Assembly: GCA_965209085.1 (NCBI GenBank)
Contig: OZ242376.1
Location: 384,001 to 448,000 of the forward strand
Origin: Nitrosopumilaceae archaeon
GTDB taxonomy: Archaea > Thermoproteota > Nitrososphaeria > Nitrososphaerales > Nitrosopumilaceae
DNA length: 64,000 nucleotides
Direction of reading: 5' to 3'
Shown: piece by piece, positions 62,736-64,000 of the stretch
Layout: each line of letters begins with the position of its first letter
Position numbering within the stretch: position 1 is the stretch's first letter
Program-made: the position numbers and the translations under genes
The notes under the pieces: model-generated
What the model was told of the DNA's origin: nothing
The model's database searches: none
The model's input: the letters and a program-made list of their open reading frames with translations, nothing else

Positions 62736-63083
62736 ATGGAAGCTCAAATAGCCGCAGACCGTCTGCTAAAACTTGGCACATCTGTTAGAATGGTTACCAT
62801 TTGTAATATGGATGGAAAACTGATCTATCATGCACGACACAAATCGGTAAAATCAGCACTCACACCGGCAGAAAGTCGTAGATCCCTGACGGTGTCTGCA
62901 CGAAACATGAAAGAACGTAAAAAACTTGCCAGCAAACTCGGTAAATGTCAGTACACACTGGCCGAATACAGCAATGTCAAAAGATTGGTCATGCCTGCAG
63001 GTAATAACCATCTGATCTATGTGACGTGTTCTCCTCGTTACGATCACAACAAGATTATACGTAAAGTTCGTACATTCAAATAA
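62736..63083 (+). CDS. Roadblock-like (DUF6659-like) protein
   Basis: VRMVTICNMDG...LGKCQYTLAEY..VKR. Confidence 0.75.
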   Translation: MEAQIAADRLLKLGTSVRMVTICNMDGKLIYHARHKSVKSALTPAESRRSLTVSARNMKERKKLASKLGKCQYTLAEYSNVKRLVMPAGNNHLIYVTCSPRYDHNKIIRKVRTFK

Positions 63084-63202
63084 ACAACAATTTATCTATT
63101 TTTTATTACACCAGTTATATTGTTTGATCAATTCTATGTTGACTATTCGTCAACATATAAGGTATGGGAGAAATTTTAACCACCCTTGAATAATATCTGT
63201 AT

Positions 63203-63334
63203 ATGAAAGCAAGATTTGCAACCGAATGCAGCTCGTGCGGTGATCAAATACGACGTGGAAAAGAGATCGCAAAAATCGAGTCAGGCGAATGGGTTCACAA
63301 GCATTGTGCACCAGAAACGCTTGAAATGCCATAA
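63203..63334 (+). CDS. CxxC-HxxC Zn-finger microprotein (43 aa)
   Basis: Hand translation MKARFATECSSCGDQIRRGKEIAKIESGEWVHKHCAPETLEMP*. Confidence 0.75.
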   Translation: MKARFATECSSCGDQIRRGKEIAKIESGEWVHKHCAPETLEMP

Positions 63335-63377
63335 TTACACCACTTCATTTTTATTTTGTATTATACGAGAACACATA

Positions 63378-63755
63378 ATGCCTGATCAAGACATAGAATC
63401 ACTTGAGCACCGTTGCAAAAAAATACAACAATTGGATATGGTTCGCTTTGCTGGAATTATAGATAAAGAAGGCGAAATTGTTGCTGGAGGATTCCGAGAT
63501 GGCGTGAAACCGTTGGTGGATAACAAATCCCGTCTGCGAAAATTTTTTCGTTTTGCAACTGTTGAGTCAATTGGCAAAGAATACGATGAAAATTTAGGTC
63601 CGATGAATTATTTGGCAGCACGCCGCGACAAATTGGTTTTTATCAGCTTTCCATTCCCATTAAGTGACATAATACTCTTAATTTCAGCCGAGCCTCAGGC
63701 GGAAATTGAAAAACTTGCATCTGGCGTCTCAAATGTTTTTGCAGGAATTAAATAA
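63378..63755 (+). CDS. Roadblock-like (DUF6659-like) protein
   Basis: VRFAGIIDKEG...LGPMNY...RDKL; ATG 63378 preferred over 63216. Confidence 0.78.
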   Translation: MPDQDIESLEHRCKKIQQLDMVRFAGIIDKEGEIVAGGFRDGVKPLVDNKSRLRKFFRFATVESIGKEYDENLGPMNYLAARRDKLVFISFPFPLSDIILLISAEPQAEIEKLASGVSNVFAGIK

Positions 63756-63828
63756 TCCTGATCGTCTGCATAAAACCCGCTAGCCATGATATCGAACCTT
63801 TTTAATCAAGTCTGATAATAACATGGAC

Positions 63829-64000
63829 ATGAATGAAGCATATGTGCTCTTGAATGTGGATTACAAGCACCAAAAAGATATAATAAAATCCTGCGAAAAA
63901 CTTGCCGTGGCAAAATCCGTAAAAACAGTATATGGAATCTGCGACATACTGGTAATACTTGAATCCAATGACATGCAGAAAATAAAAGATGCAATTGATG
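63829..64000 (+). CDS. Lrp/AsnC ligand-binding (RAM) domain protein, truncated by the window end
   Basis: MNEAYVLLNV...VKTVYGICDILVILES. Confidence 0.75.
   Translation, partial: MNEAYVLLNVDYKHQKDIIKSCEKLAVAKSVKTVYGICDILVILESNDMQKIKDAID

Overview
Chromosomal window of an ammonia-oxidising-type archaeon (Nitrososphaerota/Thaumarchaeota, Nitrosopumilaceae-like). The assignment rests on a eukaryote-type topoisomerase IB, an ADP-forming 3-hydroxypropionate-CoA ligase, thaumarchaeosortase, DnaJ-ferredoxin, and a 16S-23S operon with no spacer tRNA and no linked 5S. Most of the window is core genome: psmA, gdhA, fusA, purP, hemL, mqnE/mqnD, dinB, nreA, trkH and two tRNAs. Three areas stand out. (1) 5.27-7.22 kb: a CRISPR-less three-gene cassette with an Exo5/Cas4-like Fe-S nuclease, a membrane-anchored Zn-finger microprotein and a divergent CARF-like/wHTH regulator. 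(2) 14.77-15.47 kb: a 705-bp internally deleted IS with 15-bp terminal inverted repeats and a 9-bp target duplication, just upstream of the psmA promoter. (3) 26.6-36.9 kb: an AT-rich block holding an unannotated Cys/His-rich metallothionein-like peptide, a secreted protein with about 160 Met in a repeat-expanded tract, an Alba domain fused to ten GSCGCS/His repeats, a LysE exporter, a Zn-ribbon microprotein and an NRAMP transporter. This block is a candidate metal-buffering/chromatin-sensing system. All family assignments are by-eye motif recognition; no searches were run.
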